Below, one piece after another: positions 24,399-36,542 of a DNA stretch of 64,000 bases (its first letter is position 1; every line of letters begins with the position of its first letter). Position numbers and translations under genes: made by a program. Origin of the DNA: Selaginella moellendorffii. Lineage: Eukaryota; Plantae; Lycopodiophyta. Where the stretch lies: positions 589,763 through 653,762 of the forward strand of contig NW_003314293.1 in the NCBI RefSeq assembly GCF_000143415.4, written 5' to 3'. A model generated the notes under the pieces. It was not told where the DNA came from, did not search any database, and was given only the letters and a program-made list of their open reading frames with translations.

Positions 24399-27300
24399 TT
24401 TGTTTTTGGGCAGTTTTGGCAATTTTTTTCTTTCTTTTTTATTTTTAAATTTCTTACCAGGGCGTTCTTGCATGATAAAATGTTGAAGTAAAATAATCGT
24501 TACCAAACCAAACATGGATCGAGGTGGCAATAGTTGTTGTAAAAGGCGTTGATTTCAGATTTTATGGGGTGCTTACTAAAATCATAACAAGCAGCAACTA
24601 GCTTAGAACCATGTAGTCTGTCAGGTTAGCATGATTGTTTGATTGAAACTCAGCTGTCCATCTATATTTTGGATGTAAGCATCCACGCTAATGCTGGATG
24701 GAATTGGTTTGTTATGTTGTTTCACTCTGCAGACAATACACCATTTGAATACAATATATCACCACAAGAGTCTGAAAAATCATCATAGCCCTCCATTTTA
24801 ATGAGTTAGTAGCGGAGTTTGCAAATAATTGATTGATTTGCTAGCCAAAGGTAAAAGATTAAGATAAAATATGGTTCTTGGTATTGTTATTATTTTGGCA
24901 TCTTAATGATGAAATCCACACAATAGATTTCTACAAGATAAAAAATCTGACCACAAATGTGGTTTTGCCAACTAACATGTCCAAACCTGAAAGATATACA
25001 TCAAAATCCTATGGTAGGGTGGTTGCACCTTTCATAAGATATAAAACTCTTAATGTCATTAGGTACTCTTCAACAAACTTTTCCAACACAAAATTGTTGT
25101 ATAGTAAAATTTACACTAAACTACCATAGAATACACCTTTAGGAAAACTAATGCATCAAGTGGCTTCACCCTTTATCTTGTTTTATATGTAGTTGAGTTG
25201 ACAAGTTAGAATCAAAAGTTGTTTCATCCAACCTAAATGGTCCTTGTTATTTTTATATTGCAAAATTTATAAGTTTAATTTACCGTCATTAGAATATTGA
25301 TTATTTTTCTTACCTTTCTACTTGTTCTTCAGTTGTGAATAATCCACTTTGTAATGCCTAAGCTTGCTGATAACCTTATTTATAATTCTTTATAAAGAGT
25401 TTTAACTTCTTTGACCCTTTGTATCCAAAATAATTACCAGGTTATGATGTTTGTTATTATCTTTGTGTTCTCGATGGTTATCACAACAATCTTAATTGAA
25501 AGACTCCTCAAATGCTTGCAAGATATATACTTTTCATTGTCAAGTTGACAATCTATATCAAAGAGTTCCTCCAAACTTTTTGTAGGCTGTGAATGATAGA
25601 AGTGTTCTCTCACTTTAAAGACCATTTGTTCTAGTTCCTTAATTGGACTATAATTAATTAAAAAGGTAAATTTCTCATTTTAGTCCCCTGCCATTATTCT
25701 CCATATCATAGTGAGGGGCAAAATATAGAGCAAATGCAACCTTAAACTTGTCCATGGCAGAGACTATTAGTGTTTAAAGGCATGAGTGCTTAACAAGAAT
25801 TTACATGCTTCTTGCTATTTCTATTCTTATTTTTGCTAAAATTCCAAATAGTTGGCATTCCTTAGCATTTCTTAGTTGCATATTACAGCATATAAAATAT
25901 CACACATTTATTTCATGTTTGTGGAGCTTTTGATAATTCCTATCTTATAAATTGTGGTTACCATCAGAGACTCTCCATAACTAAATTAAAAAAAAACATT
26001 TAGAAATTTTTATATATTTATTGTATTAGAGTTAGGATTAGTTTCTTTCTCAGGGCTATAGCAACATATTAGTGTTTTTTAAAATCTCACTACCCTATAT
26101 TTTAATTAGAAACTTATTTTAAAGTAATATTATTTTAATATTTATATTATAGATAGTAATTTTTATTATTAGTAATTATTCTCTTACTTTTAGCTAGGTC
26201 TGGGCTAAAATTTTATTTTTCTTAAATTATTCATATTCTAATTAAAAACATATAACTGATTATGTGTTTTATCATTTAGGATATTAATAAATTTAGAAAA
26301 TTAAGGTTTTAAGAACATTTATATTATATTACGCTGACTTAAACAAAAACTGATGAAAAATATATGAGAATAATCATTAATAATAAAACATTTGCAAAAC
26401 TATGTAACCTCTATATTTATAAGAATTATTTTTAGAATTTATTCATTTAATTTTGTAGTAATAAATTAATATTTTCAAAATCCTAATGTTATAAATGTAT
26501 TAGTATTCCCAAGTAAAAAAATAGGTTAATAGATTAATAAGTTAGGTATTATTATGATGGTAGAGAAAGGGTGAGGAAGAGCACCAGGTTTAGAAACTTT
26601 AATATTTGTATTATACTTTGGTGTTTGCAAAACATGGTGAATAGAGCTGTGCTAGAAAGCGGTAAAGCAAGACATGAGAAATTCATGTATTAGAGACAGA
26701 AAAATGTTTAACTTATGGTTGGATTACCACTTAGATTTTATAGACTATGATCAGGGTTAGCTCAGAGCTTATGTTAAATAATTTAAAACTTTGTTCTTTA
26801 AATATAGTAGGGTTTAGGGTTTAGGGTTTGGATTTCATCCATAGAAAAAGAATGGTTATGTTGACTGGTCCCCAAGGCAATTTCTTCATCCATGCAACTA
26901 CATATATCCTTAGAATAATTGCTCATGGGCTTGGGGACTAGAACTATGGGAATTTATTTGTCATGTTCTAGGGTGGTGGGGGGTAAAGATGCTAGTATGA
27001 GATTGGAAACAACTAACCATTACATAAGGCCCCCAAAATGATTAGCCTCTAGATAATTATGATAGTGAAATAGAACATGATTAATCAATATATCCACCTA
27101 TGATAAATACATATGGCTATTGTAGTAAAAAATCCCATCTACAAATGAAAAGAGTTTACAAAAATACCACCTTAGCATCTTGAGCTTAAAGAACACTTAA
27201 TTAAATTCATTAAGCATTTTACACATATAATGACAAAATTATATTTGTAGCTATATCACATGACAAACATGAGATAAAGCATCTACCCTTATATTCAATT

Positions 27301-27549
27301 TCCTTAGATGATTCTAGATAATAAACACCTCAAACTCTATGAATTTAACCCTCCAATGAACTTATATAATATTTAATTCATTCTGTGTGTATATAGATAT
27401 ATAAGACATTTGTGCTCCATCAATATCACAAACACCACACTATAAAGATAGTGTTTCACTTCTGCAAACCATGAATAACTTTTACACATATGTGAAATAT
27501 TGCTACTTCACAAGATTCAAAGTCCTTTCATTAGAACTCCCCCAATATA

Positions 27550-28100
27550 TAATCATCACACCACAAGTCACGTTATAAGGTTTTGATACATTACCAATGT
27601 GAAGCACTAAATCTTATTCATTTAACAATTATTTAACACTTTAAACCTCTTATGTCTTTCATTTAAATGGCATATTCAAGCGAATGCAACAACCATGTCA
27701 AATAAATAGCCACCTCCTTAAACTTATGTTAATAGCCAAAAATATTATATAATTTGGCCATTAAAGTTGGTGTAGGGGAATCCTCCACCACAATCAACTT
27801 CCTTGAATATATCTTAACATTCATAAATATCACAATATACTTTACCTCTAACTTTATAATTCTTATTTGCTTTTTTTGCATTAATTTTTTTAAATTTGTG
27901 TAGATAATGCTTAAACACCTTTGTTATCAACCAAGTAAATGTAATTAATACATTTGTCAAGTTAAACAACATAAATGTAAACTCAAAATGACTGAAGCTT
28001 ATGTTGAATACCATATTGGAAATAGATATGTTTATCTATCACAATCTTGATATTCACTCCTCATATTAAATTTTAAATTTTGGGGTTATTTAAGATATCA
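27550..28100 (-). pseudogene. Highly AT-drifted Ty3/gypsy reverse transcriptase/RNase H relic
   Basis: SHFEFTFMLFNLTNVLITFTWLITKVFKHYLHKF resembles GHFEFxVMPFGLTNAPATFxRLMNxVFxxYLDKF. Downstream are VVEDSPTPT (cf. AVxxWPxPT) and GY*HKF. Boundaries are approximate. Confidence 0.6.
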
Positions 28101-29338
28101 TTCATATACAATGTTTTTTCTTATTCAAGGCATGATGGTCAATAAATATATGTATTAATCTAGCCTTCTATTAAGAAACATTAGTGTGCCAAATAAAACT
28201 TACTTTGCTAAATAAATCTAAACTTAAATAAATTAACTTATTGTTAAGTTTTTTTATTCCTTTACATAGCTTAGCTAAAATGAATATTAGTAAATTAACT
28301 TTGTTTATGGCTCTAGAATAATTTCATATTCCACATCTTGTAACAAAATCAACCTATAAAAAAGTTTAGATAAAAAAACATTAATAAATTCCATGAGTAT
28401 TTCCCATGTTATTATTTCTCCCTCATATGTTTTTGTTTTTTAAGTCATGAAAAAATACAATGTTGAATTCCATCTCCAAATTACATATATTTGGCACCAC
28501 TATACTTTCCCAAGATATGTTTAATATTCCGTTTTATCTCTAAATCCACTATAATAAAATATTTTATAGTGACTTGATATAGATGAAATTTGAAACATAT
28601 ATAAACATGTTAAACCACAAAACTTAATCCATTTAGTGGTCTAAAATTAAAAAACCATGCATTTATTAAGATTTTCTGGATTATGTTTACATTTTTCTCT
28701 TCCAACTTTTGTTTTGCTATTCGTACATGACTATTTCAACATTCTTTTGAAAACACAATGTTCAAGCGATGATATTATCTTAGGGCTTTTATAAACCTGA
28801 TCGAAGTTCAAGCAGTCGGCAATTAACTTGATAACTTGAAGCCCACCACTCTATCATTCTTGCACGAGTTCAAGAAGAAACCGTTGATACTATAGATCAA
28901 ATTCCCGCATAATTACTCAGGTATTCATTCAAGCTAATCGAAGCTTTTTCCGGCCCCTTGCAGTCGGCATACAGCGTCCCACTTTCATATGACAAATCAT
29001 TGCAAGTTTCAAGCAAATCGTCACAACCCTGCAGTGTCATAGAGAGCTTAATAGCTAGTGATCAGTTTGCAAACTACTTACCAAGCTGCTCTTCCAAAAT
29101 ACCGGTACCATGCTTAGAAATAGATAGAACCACACTGCCATGCTACAGAGATTCAAATGTAAGAAGTTAGAACCCAATCCAGCATATGAAAGTTACAAGG
29201 ACGAAAACAGCAGCCATGAATGCCAAATTATGATTCCTTTCGTGATTTTCGAGACTTGGACCAAAGAACTTCCAGAGCTGAGTAGATTTTACCTCGAGAA
29301 TTTAGAGAGCACAAACAATGACAACAATGACAGGTCGA

Positions 29339-29709
29339 TCAACCAGTCTTTTTTTGCGTGCTCTCCTTTCCTTGATCCACAGGAACATTGTGTCTCATCA
29401 CGAATGGAGGCCGGCATTTCTTCGCCAAGATCTCATTCTGGATCCTCTCCATGTACATCTCCAAAGTCTCCACTTCCACAAGCCTCTTCACCTGCAAAGA
29501 ATTCACAAAATAAACTTCCATTGGCCCAAGAATGTAGCTACCTGCTCGATGAGCCCCAAAACAGTGGGCGTGTTTTTCACCACCACCGAATGCCCTCGCT
29601 TTGGAATCCCCAGCGTCTTCACCAGCGCCGTCCTGTGCTTCTGCTTCGTCCCCGGCAGGCCACGGACGAGCTTCACAACCAAATGCGTGGTCCACGCCGG
29701 CTTGCTCAT
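29339..29709 (-). CDS. Bacterial-type (mitochondrial) ribosomal protein uL30, 2 exons (intron 29541-29492)
   Basis: MSKPAWTTHLVVKLVRGLPGTKQKHRTALVKTLGIPKRGHSVVVKNTPTVLGLIEQ|VKRLVEVETLEMY...RPPFVMRH. Telo-boxes lie upstream. Confidence 0.9.
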
Positions 29710-29773
29710 CGCGCACAATCCCAGAACCTCGAATCGATCGAATCGAAGACGCGAATCGAGAGAAAATACTGTA

Positions 29774-29806
29774 AAACCCTAAACGAAGAACCGAAAAGAA
29801 CCCTAA
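29774..29806. promoter_or_regulatory. Two telo-box motifs upstream of uL30
   Basis: AAACCCTAA at 29774 and AACCCTAA at 29799, typical of plant translation-machinery promoters. Confidence 0.55.
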
Positions 29807-30058
29807 AATGAGACCCCTGTTTTAGGGCTCTTCCGCAATTTCCGGGACAAGGTAACTTCGAGTTTATATAGCCTTTAGACTTTACAGAAAGCTCTACCTT
29901 TATAAGCTACCTATAGCTCTCTCTTTCCATCTTTTTTTTCCCTTCTATATAGTGCTCTGGGACCACTGAATGTTTGCCCTGCGTGGTGCCTTCTGTGAGA
30001 ACTTTTGGATCGATCTAGCTGGTGTTCTTCATCATCGAAACTCTTCTCGACCCTTTCT

Positions 30059-31486
30059 CTAGTGCTGCGTCCACTGGATGCTCTTGAGATCCACCCCGTC
30101 CTTGACCATCTCCCACAGCGGGCTCATCTCCCGCAGCTTCTCCACCTGCGTCACCGTCAGCTCGATCGCCCTGTCGATCTCCTCCACCGTCGTGAACCTC
30201 CCGATCCCAAACCGGATCGAAGTGTGAGCCATGTCCTCGTCCACCCCGAGCGCTCGCAGCACATACGATGGCTCCAAACTCGCGCTCGTACACGCGCTGC
30301 CGCTCGACACCGCCACCTCCTTCAAGCCCATGAGCAAGCTCTCGCCCTCCACGCACGCGAACGAGAGATTCAAGTTCCCGGCGTAGCGGTGCTCCATGCT
30401 GCCGTTCACCACCACCGCCTGGAGCTTCGCCGTGAGACCATCGTAGAGCCGCTTCTGCAAGGCCTTGATGTGCTCCTCGTCGTAAGCCATCTCCTTGAGA
30501 GCTATGTCGCAAGCAGCTCCCATCCCCACCGCCAGCGGCGTCGCCACCGTGCCACTGCGAATCCCCCGCTCCTGTCCGCCACCGCTCATCTGTGCTTCCA
30601 CTCTCACCCTCGGCCTCCTCCGGAGATAGAGCGCTCCCACGCCTTTGGGTCCGTAGATCTTGTGACCACTCAGCGACATGAGGTCGATCTTCATGTCGTT
30701 CACGTTGATCGGGATCTTCCCGGCGGCCTGAGCCCCATCGGTATGGAAGAAGACTTTGTGCTCGCGGCAGAGCTTGCCGATCTCCTCCACCGGCTGGACG
30801 ACGCCGATCTCGTTGTTAACGGTCATGATCGAGACGATGGCGGTGTCGGGCCGGATGGCGGCCTTGAGCTCGCCCAGATCGATCAGCCCATCTTTCTTCA
30901 CCGGGAGATAAGTCGCCTCGAATCCCTCCTGCTGGAGGTGGCGGCACGAATCCAGCACGCACTTGTGCTCGGTCTGGGTGGTGATGACGTGCTTCTTCTT
31001 CTCCCGGTAGAAGTGCATCACTCCCTTGAGCGCGATGTTGTTGGACTCGGTTGCCCCGGACGTGAAGATGATCTCTTTCGCGTCGGCGCCGATGAGCGCC
31101 GCCACTTGCTCGCGCGCCTTCTCCACCGCCTCGTCGCTCTCCCACCCATAGAGATGCGTTCTCGAGTGTGGATTGCCAAACTGGTGGAGATAGTAGGGGA
31201 TCATCGCGTCAAGAACTCTCGGATCCACCGGCGATGTCGCTTGCATATCCAGATAGAGCGGCCGCCCGGCAATCCTCACCCCCTTCATCTTCACTCCATC
31301 TTCGTCCGTGGAATCGTCGATTGGGGAGGCCGCCGCTGCCGCGGCTGTGGATTGAGACCTACCGCCATAGCCGCTACTCAAGAACAAGGCGCCAGGAGGA
31401 GAAGTGGTGGATTCTAGCGGCGATGAGTAGCTGAGAGCGCTCCTCCGCCACGCCGCCACCGCCGATCTTGCCGCAAAACGCTTCAT
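30059..31486 (-). CDS. NFS1: Mitochondrial cysteine desulfurase (IscS type), intronless
   Basis: Arg/Ser/Ala-rich presequence, [22 protein letters not shown] lysine in [11 protein letters not shown] and catalytic [17 protein letters not shown]. Confidence 0.97.
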   Translation of the reverse strand: MKRFAARSAVAAWRRSALSYSSPLESTTSPPGALFLSSGYGGRSQSTAAAAAASPIDDSTDEDGVKMKGVRIAGRPLYLDMQATSPVDPRVLDAMIPYYLHQFGNPHSRTHLYGWESDEAVEKAREQVAALIGADAKEIIFTSGATESNNIALKGVMHFYREKKKHVITTQTEHKCVLDSCRHLQQEGFEATYLPVKKDGLIDLGELKAAIRPDTAIVSIMTVNNEIGVVQPVEEIGKLCREHKVFFHTDGAQAAGKIPINVNDMKIDLMSLSGHKIYGPKGVGALYLRRRPRVRVEAQMSGGGQERGIRSGTVATPLAVGMGAACDIALKEMAYDEEHIKALQKRLYDGLTAKLQAVVVNGSMEHRYAGNLNLSFACVEGESLLMGLKEVAVSSGSACTSASLEPSYVLRALGVDEDMAHTSIRFGIGRFTTVEEIDRAIELTVTQVEKLREMSPLWEMVKDGVDLKSIQWTQH

Positions 31487-31617
31487 CGCGCGCTCTACAA
31501 TCCCTAGGTCACATTATTGTAAAGGATAAAGGAAGAATCTACTACAGAGAGAATATGCTATTTCTTTCAGGGTATATTTTTTAATTCCAGGCAAGCCCTA
31601 AGTTTGATATTCTTCTC

Positions 31618-32970
31618 ATGGCGCATGGCTGCGCCTGGCGGGAATGTCGTTCGTCGCTAGGGCATTGGAGCTCGGCGATGGGCCGGAGCGATGCGAGGAA
31701 GGGAGCTAGGAGGGGATTGCTGCTGGGAGCATCGATTTTCTTTACAGGGTTATGCGCCGTGGAGAGGCGGACAGCGCTCGCCTGGTTTCCGGCCAAGATC
31801 GATGCCGCCAGGGCTCCACAGCACCCGTTTGATGCTGCCGATCAGAGGCTCAGGAATGCCGCCATGACATTCGAGCAGGCGCTTCGATCGAGCACTGTGA
31901 GTCGTGAAACTAGTTTTTTCGTTTTGTGATTGAGTGTAATGGTCTTTAAGGTTGAAGAAGAGGAGAGGCTGTGGACGAAAGTGATTGATAGCTGTGAAGG
32001 CGTGGATGCCGAATGGGTTCCTGATATTTTATCTCGGGCTTACGGCAATAGAGGAAATTCACGCAGCAGACAGGCATTCTTCTCAAATATTCTTGAATCA
32101 AGCCCAGTGTTTTTATACATTTTTTTCCTTTTTTGCAGGGAAAAATCCAGGAAGCTCTCGAAGATTATGATCGCTCCATACTTCTGGCTCCGTGAGTAAC
32201 TCTTGCTTAAGATTGGCAAGTATGACTACTCTACGTTGATTAGATACGCGGTGGATCCTGTGTTGAACCGAGGAGTAGCGTTGGAAAGTCTGCGCATGTT
32301 TGAGAAAGCCACGGCAGACTACGTAGCTGTTCTTCAGAGTCAACCAGATGATCCCGCTGCATGGAATAATCTTGGAAATGTTCAGGTGCCTCTTCTTTCT
32401 TTGTTTTGAATTTCTTCATTGAGTTCAAGTTCACGTGATATTTCTGTAGGGAGCTCTTGGCCGCTGGAGCGAAGCTCTTAAGTGTTATGGAAAGGCCACT
32501 AAGCTCTCCCCTCAATATGCGTTTGCTGCTGGAAACTATGCGTTGGTTAGTGTCATGCTGCTTTGGAAATTTTATGTGCTGTTTACTACTTTCAGGCTCT
32601 CTATCAAACAGGCCGAGAAAATGAAGCAATCAGACAATTTCGATCTCTTTTGAGAAAGTATCCGGAGGTCAGTTCAAGAACATCTTTTGTAACTTTCTGA
32701 TAACAACTTCTGATCGACGACAGTTTCCAGATATAAGAGCAGCACTAGCTGTTTCATTGTACGCACAGGGCTCAAGAGCAGAAGCGGAAACCAACTGGTC
32801 GCGGCTTGAGGTCAGAGTCTAATGGCGTTGGAACCAAACGTTAACTTCATTTTCTAACCTTTCAGGATGGACGCTACAAGGATCGAAGCTGGATTCGAAA
32901 TACTCGCAGATGGCCGCCCAAGCTTGCAGATGCTTTGGATGCCTTTCTAGAGATACGGGTGCCAGTTTAA
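31618..32970 (+). CDS. Plastid-type TPR protein of the cyanobacterial family (8 exons, one GC-AG intron)
   Basis: Spliced: AYGNRGNSRSRQ|GKIQEALEDYDRSILLAP|YAVDPVLNRGVALE...DPAAWNNLGN...YAFAAGNYAL ALYQTG...LLRKYPE FPDIRAALA...DGRYKDRSWIRNTRRWPPKLADALDAFL. The N-terminus has an RRGLL twin-Arg-like segment. Confidence 0.88.
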
Positions 32971-33140
32971 GCAGGAATCATGTTCTTGACGAAAACAAAC
33001 TTATAAAGGTCAGATTCTTCAATGGTTTTCATTGCGGCAGATTTACATATATTAACAGTTGTGTTCTGCAGAGCTGGAAAAGTTGGAAGAATTATCTATG
33101 AAGTTAAGTAGGATAATACGTCGAAGCTATGTCGGGAGCT

Positions 33141-36100
33141 CTATCTGATGAGGCTGTAGGCCAACTCTTCAACAAGGCTATTGAAAATACTTACTTCAAC
33201 CTCGGCACCAATCTTTCGCAAGTCGTTGCTGGTGTCCATCCACTGATCGCTTATATTCACGTCTCTCTCCACCAAGTTCTCGAGGGAGTAGTCGACGGTG
33301 TCATATTCGTGGCGGTACAGGGAGATCGCCTTGTCGATTTCGTGTAGCAAGTATTTCCCCGAAGGAATGGGCCTGATTCCTTCCTTTCCTGTGGTAAGTG
33401 ATGGACGGTCATCCCACAGGTGCTGAAACTTCTGGGACAGGACCTCGTTGACAACGTCGAACAGCATCTGCCTGTGCAACGTCTCCGGGCGTCTTTGTAC
33501 CTGGGTAAAGGTTCTGCCAATCTTGAGCTTTCTCTGACTTCGGGAACTTCTTCTCTTTCCAGGTTGACAGGGTGACGGTTCCTCAGAACAGACGTAGTCC
33601 TCCTCGAGCTTGGCAAAGAGATATGGATCGATGGGATAAGTAGGGGAGTGCCAGGCGAATAACGAGCCGAGGGAGTTTGAGAAGCCTGAGGCGTGGATGA
33701 GCTTGGAAATGTATAGGTGGTCTTGGCTGGTCGGGGAGCAGTGTCGACTTCTGAGGGGTGCCAAGGATGAAAGATCAGCTTTTGCAGCCGCCGGGGAACT
33801 AGCAGGAACAAATTCTTGTTTTTCGGTCGTCGCAAGGTGTCCGACGTTTTGAGTTCTTCCAGACTCGTCCAACTTGAGACGTTCAAGACGCATTTGAAGT
33901 TCTGCAAAGCGAAGCGATGGCTGCTCAGTATGGAACTATCAAGGCTAAGAGGCTGAGGATTTACCTTGCAAGTCGGAACTGGCATCTTCGAAGCTTACAG
34001 GACTGGGACTTTCTTCGATGAACCCCCTCTCCAAGACGGAAACAGGACTTGGTTGCTCGGACTTCTCTGTATGGATATCGGACGACGTCTCGAGATGGTC
34101 CAGACCTCCAGTAATATCGAGGGACAGGAACCTTGGGGACTGATCGAACTGAGCAAAGTAACTCTCGTCAGTGGAGGAAGGATGAATGGCAACGGCAGTT
34201 CTTACCTTGTCGGAATTGCAACGTTCGTAGGAGCCGGCGAGCTGGGCCTCCGTTTTTCTGAAAGTCCGGATGTAGTGGTCTTCGAAGGCAGAGGAGACCG
34301 AGTGTTCGATCGTCCTGCATGCCACCTGTTGCTTCTCTGGGGACGGCTTGACGAGTTCTGATGCGTCCGAAGGTGTCCGGGTGTGGCTCTTCTTCTTTCC
34401 CAGCAGGCTGCTCTTGAGACTCGAGAATTTTCCTTTGGGAGTCGAAGCAGTCGAAATGCTACTGCTGGCATTATCCGGGATCGATGAACGGCTGCTACTG
34501 CAGGAATGTGTTCGTTCGAGAACTTCGGCTGGCCCCGGACTTTGCTCCTCCACAAGACTGGAAACTGACTTCGACCTTACCAACAGCCTTGGAGAGTCAT
34601 CGGACGCAGATTTCTGACTGTCTCTACTGAAGAGCTTCAACAGCTTACCACCTTTGTGCTTCTTCGGCTGTTCATATTCCTGCTGCTTAGCTGCCGGTAC
34701 GATCTCAATCTGGATGCTGACTGACGAATCCCTGGACGACTCATCATCGGACTGATTCGCCTCGGCGGCCAGCTTAAGCTTTTGCATGAGCTGCTTTCGT
34801 CCTTCTTTGCTGCTGACGTTGGCGGCGGGCACTTTGTCCCTGCTGCTCAGCTTTGGCGAGCTCGGCAAGCTTGCGGTGGATTGATAAACTTGGTAGTCCT
34901 TCGGATATCTTCTCGAGGATGGTTCCGATCCTTCGCAACCTCCGACTGCCATCTCAATTCCATCGAAGCTCCAAGTTGAAGCTGCTGCCCGTGATCGAGC
35001 TTTACTGTCCGCCTTCGAGTTCTTCTGCTCCAGCTCTTTGGTGACGTTCTCTCGAACTTGTTTGGCGATCTGCCTGGCCATCTCCCGTGGATCGGTGGTC
35101 GACGCGCTAACATTCTTCAAGCAGCGGCTCTTCTTCACGCCGTCTTCTGCAAGCTCCATTGAACGTGGAGTGGTGGGAGTCCGTGCTGGAGTGCTGTTCG
35201 GTTTCGCGTTGGGCTTGAGGAGGATGATCTTGCTATCGTCTTGAACTTGGCTTCTTTCGATGCTGCCTTTTCTCTGCTGCTTCTGGACGACTTGCTTCTT
35301 TGCGCTACTACCCCTGGTAAGGTCGCGATCTTTTTTGGGTTCTACCAACTTCCTGGAGAATCCAATGTTGTCTTGCTGCTGTGTGACGATTTCTTTGGGT
35401 GTTCTGTGCAGAGACCTTGATTTGTTCCTCGCTTCTTCTTCCGCCGCTGCTTCTTTCGCGGCCAAGGCCTGTAAGTCATATACGTGCCTTGCGAAAACAG
35501 AGTTTGGTTCTTGAAGAAATTTGACCAGAAACTCTTTGTTGGATTGCAGGAACTGGATGGCGTCAAGCATCTCCTTCGGCTCCCCGGGTTGACGGTTGGT
35601 GTTCGTGACTGCTTCCAAGAGTTTCTCGGGGACCGAAATGCCAGAATTGCCGACTTTTGCAGCTCTCTGCTTCATCTGAAGTGAGGAGAATTGCTCTTCC
35701 ATCTGTGACTTTCGGTGCCGCTGGGCCTGGAACTCTTGCTTCAGTTTCTCGAGCTGCTTCTCCTGTGGATGATCGCGAAACGGCAGCACGTCAAAGAGAA
35801 GAAACTCGTCCTGCTCTGTTCTTGGAGGCCATTCCTTGAGCTTGGAATTGCCGTTGCAGCTGAGTTGCCTTGTCAACTGCTGGTGCCTCACTTGTTCATG
35901 GCTGCCGCTGTAGCGCTCCTTGGTGCTTCTGCTGGTGAGAAGGCTACGTCTTTCTGACGAAAGAAGTTGCAACTCCTCTTGTGAGGTTTGCTTTGAAGTT
36001 GCTTGCCGTTTTAACTGAGGGAGTGGCTGTTCCGCAGGAAGCGTGTCCAAGCCCATCAGTCTGGCAATTACACTCGGCGAGCGGCATCTGCTGTCCATGC

Positions 36101-36542
36101 TTGCGGCTGATGGATTTGGGACTGAAACTCGGGGTGGTGCCTTGTCCGTGGATTTTCTCAGCGCAAACTCGAATCCAAACTGCCGATTGAAGACAAAAGG
36201 TTAGAACTATACCGCTCCCTTGAACTGTGACTACTTACCGGAATTTCATCGCTCGGTGCAGACGCTGGTACATGGTTTTGCCTCATACTCTCGAATACTG
36301 CACTGGAAATGTCCAAGCTATTCCTGGGAGCTTCAAAACCTGCAAAAAAACACACCTTTGAGCTCGGTCCAAGAGGAGCAACGATGAACAATTTTACCTT
36401 CGGAAAATTTCCGCTCGGAGAGCGATTTCCTCGCTAGGACGACAGGGGTCGTATCCTCGGATTCCGGTGCTCCGTTCCAGATTCCGTTGAAGCAGCCAGG
36501 GACATCATGGTAAGCGGGAGCTGGCTTGGACTTCCTTCCCAT
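33141..36542 (-). CDS. TON1-recruiting motif (TRM)/LONGIFOLIA family protein (VARLMGL, DUF3741, DUF4378), about 4 exons
   Basis: PSVIARLMGLD, FLQSNKEFLVKFLQEPNSVF, IILLKP, EQPSPVSVLE and a C-terminal LFDVVNEVL...IGAEVEVSIFNSLVEEL. First exon: MGRKSK...PGCFNGIW. Confidence 0.9.

Noticed and set aside
26808-26830. TTTAGGG telomere-like repeats
   Set aside because: Only about 3 units inside TE relic sequence, too short to indicate a chromosome end or fusion.
30005-31417. 470-aa + strand ORF antisense to NFS1
   Set aside because: Shadow ORF caused by the GC-rich codon bias of NFS1. It has a non-ATG start and no domain features.
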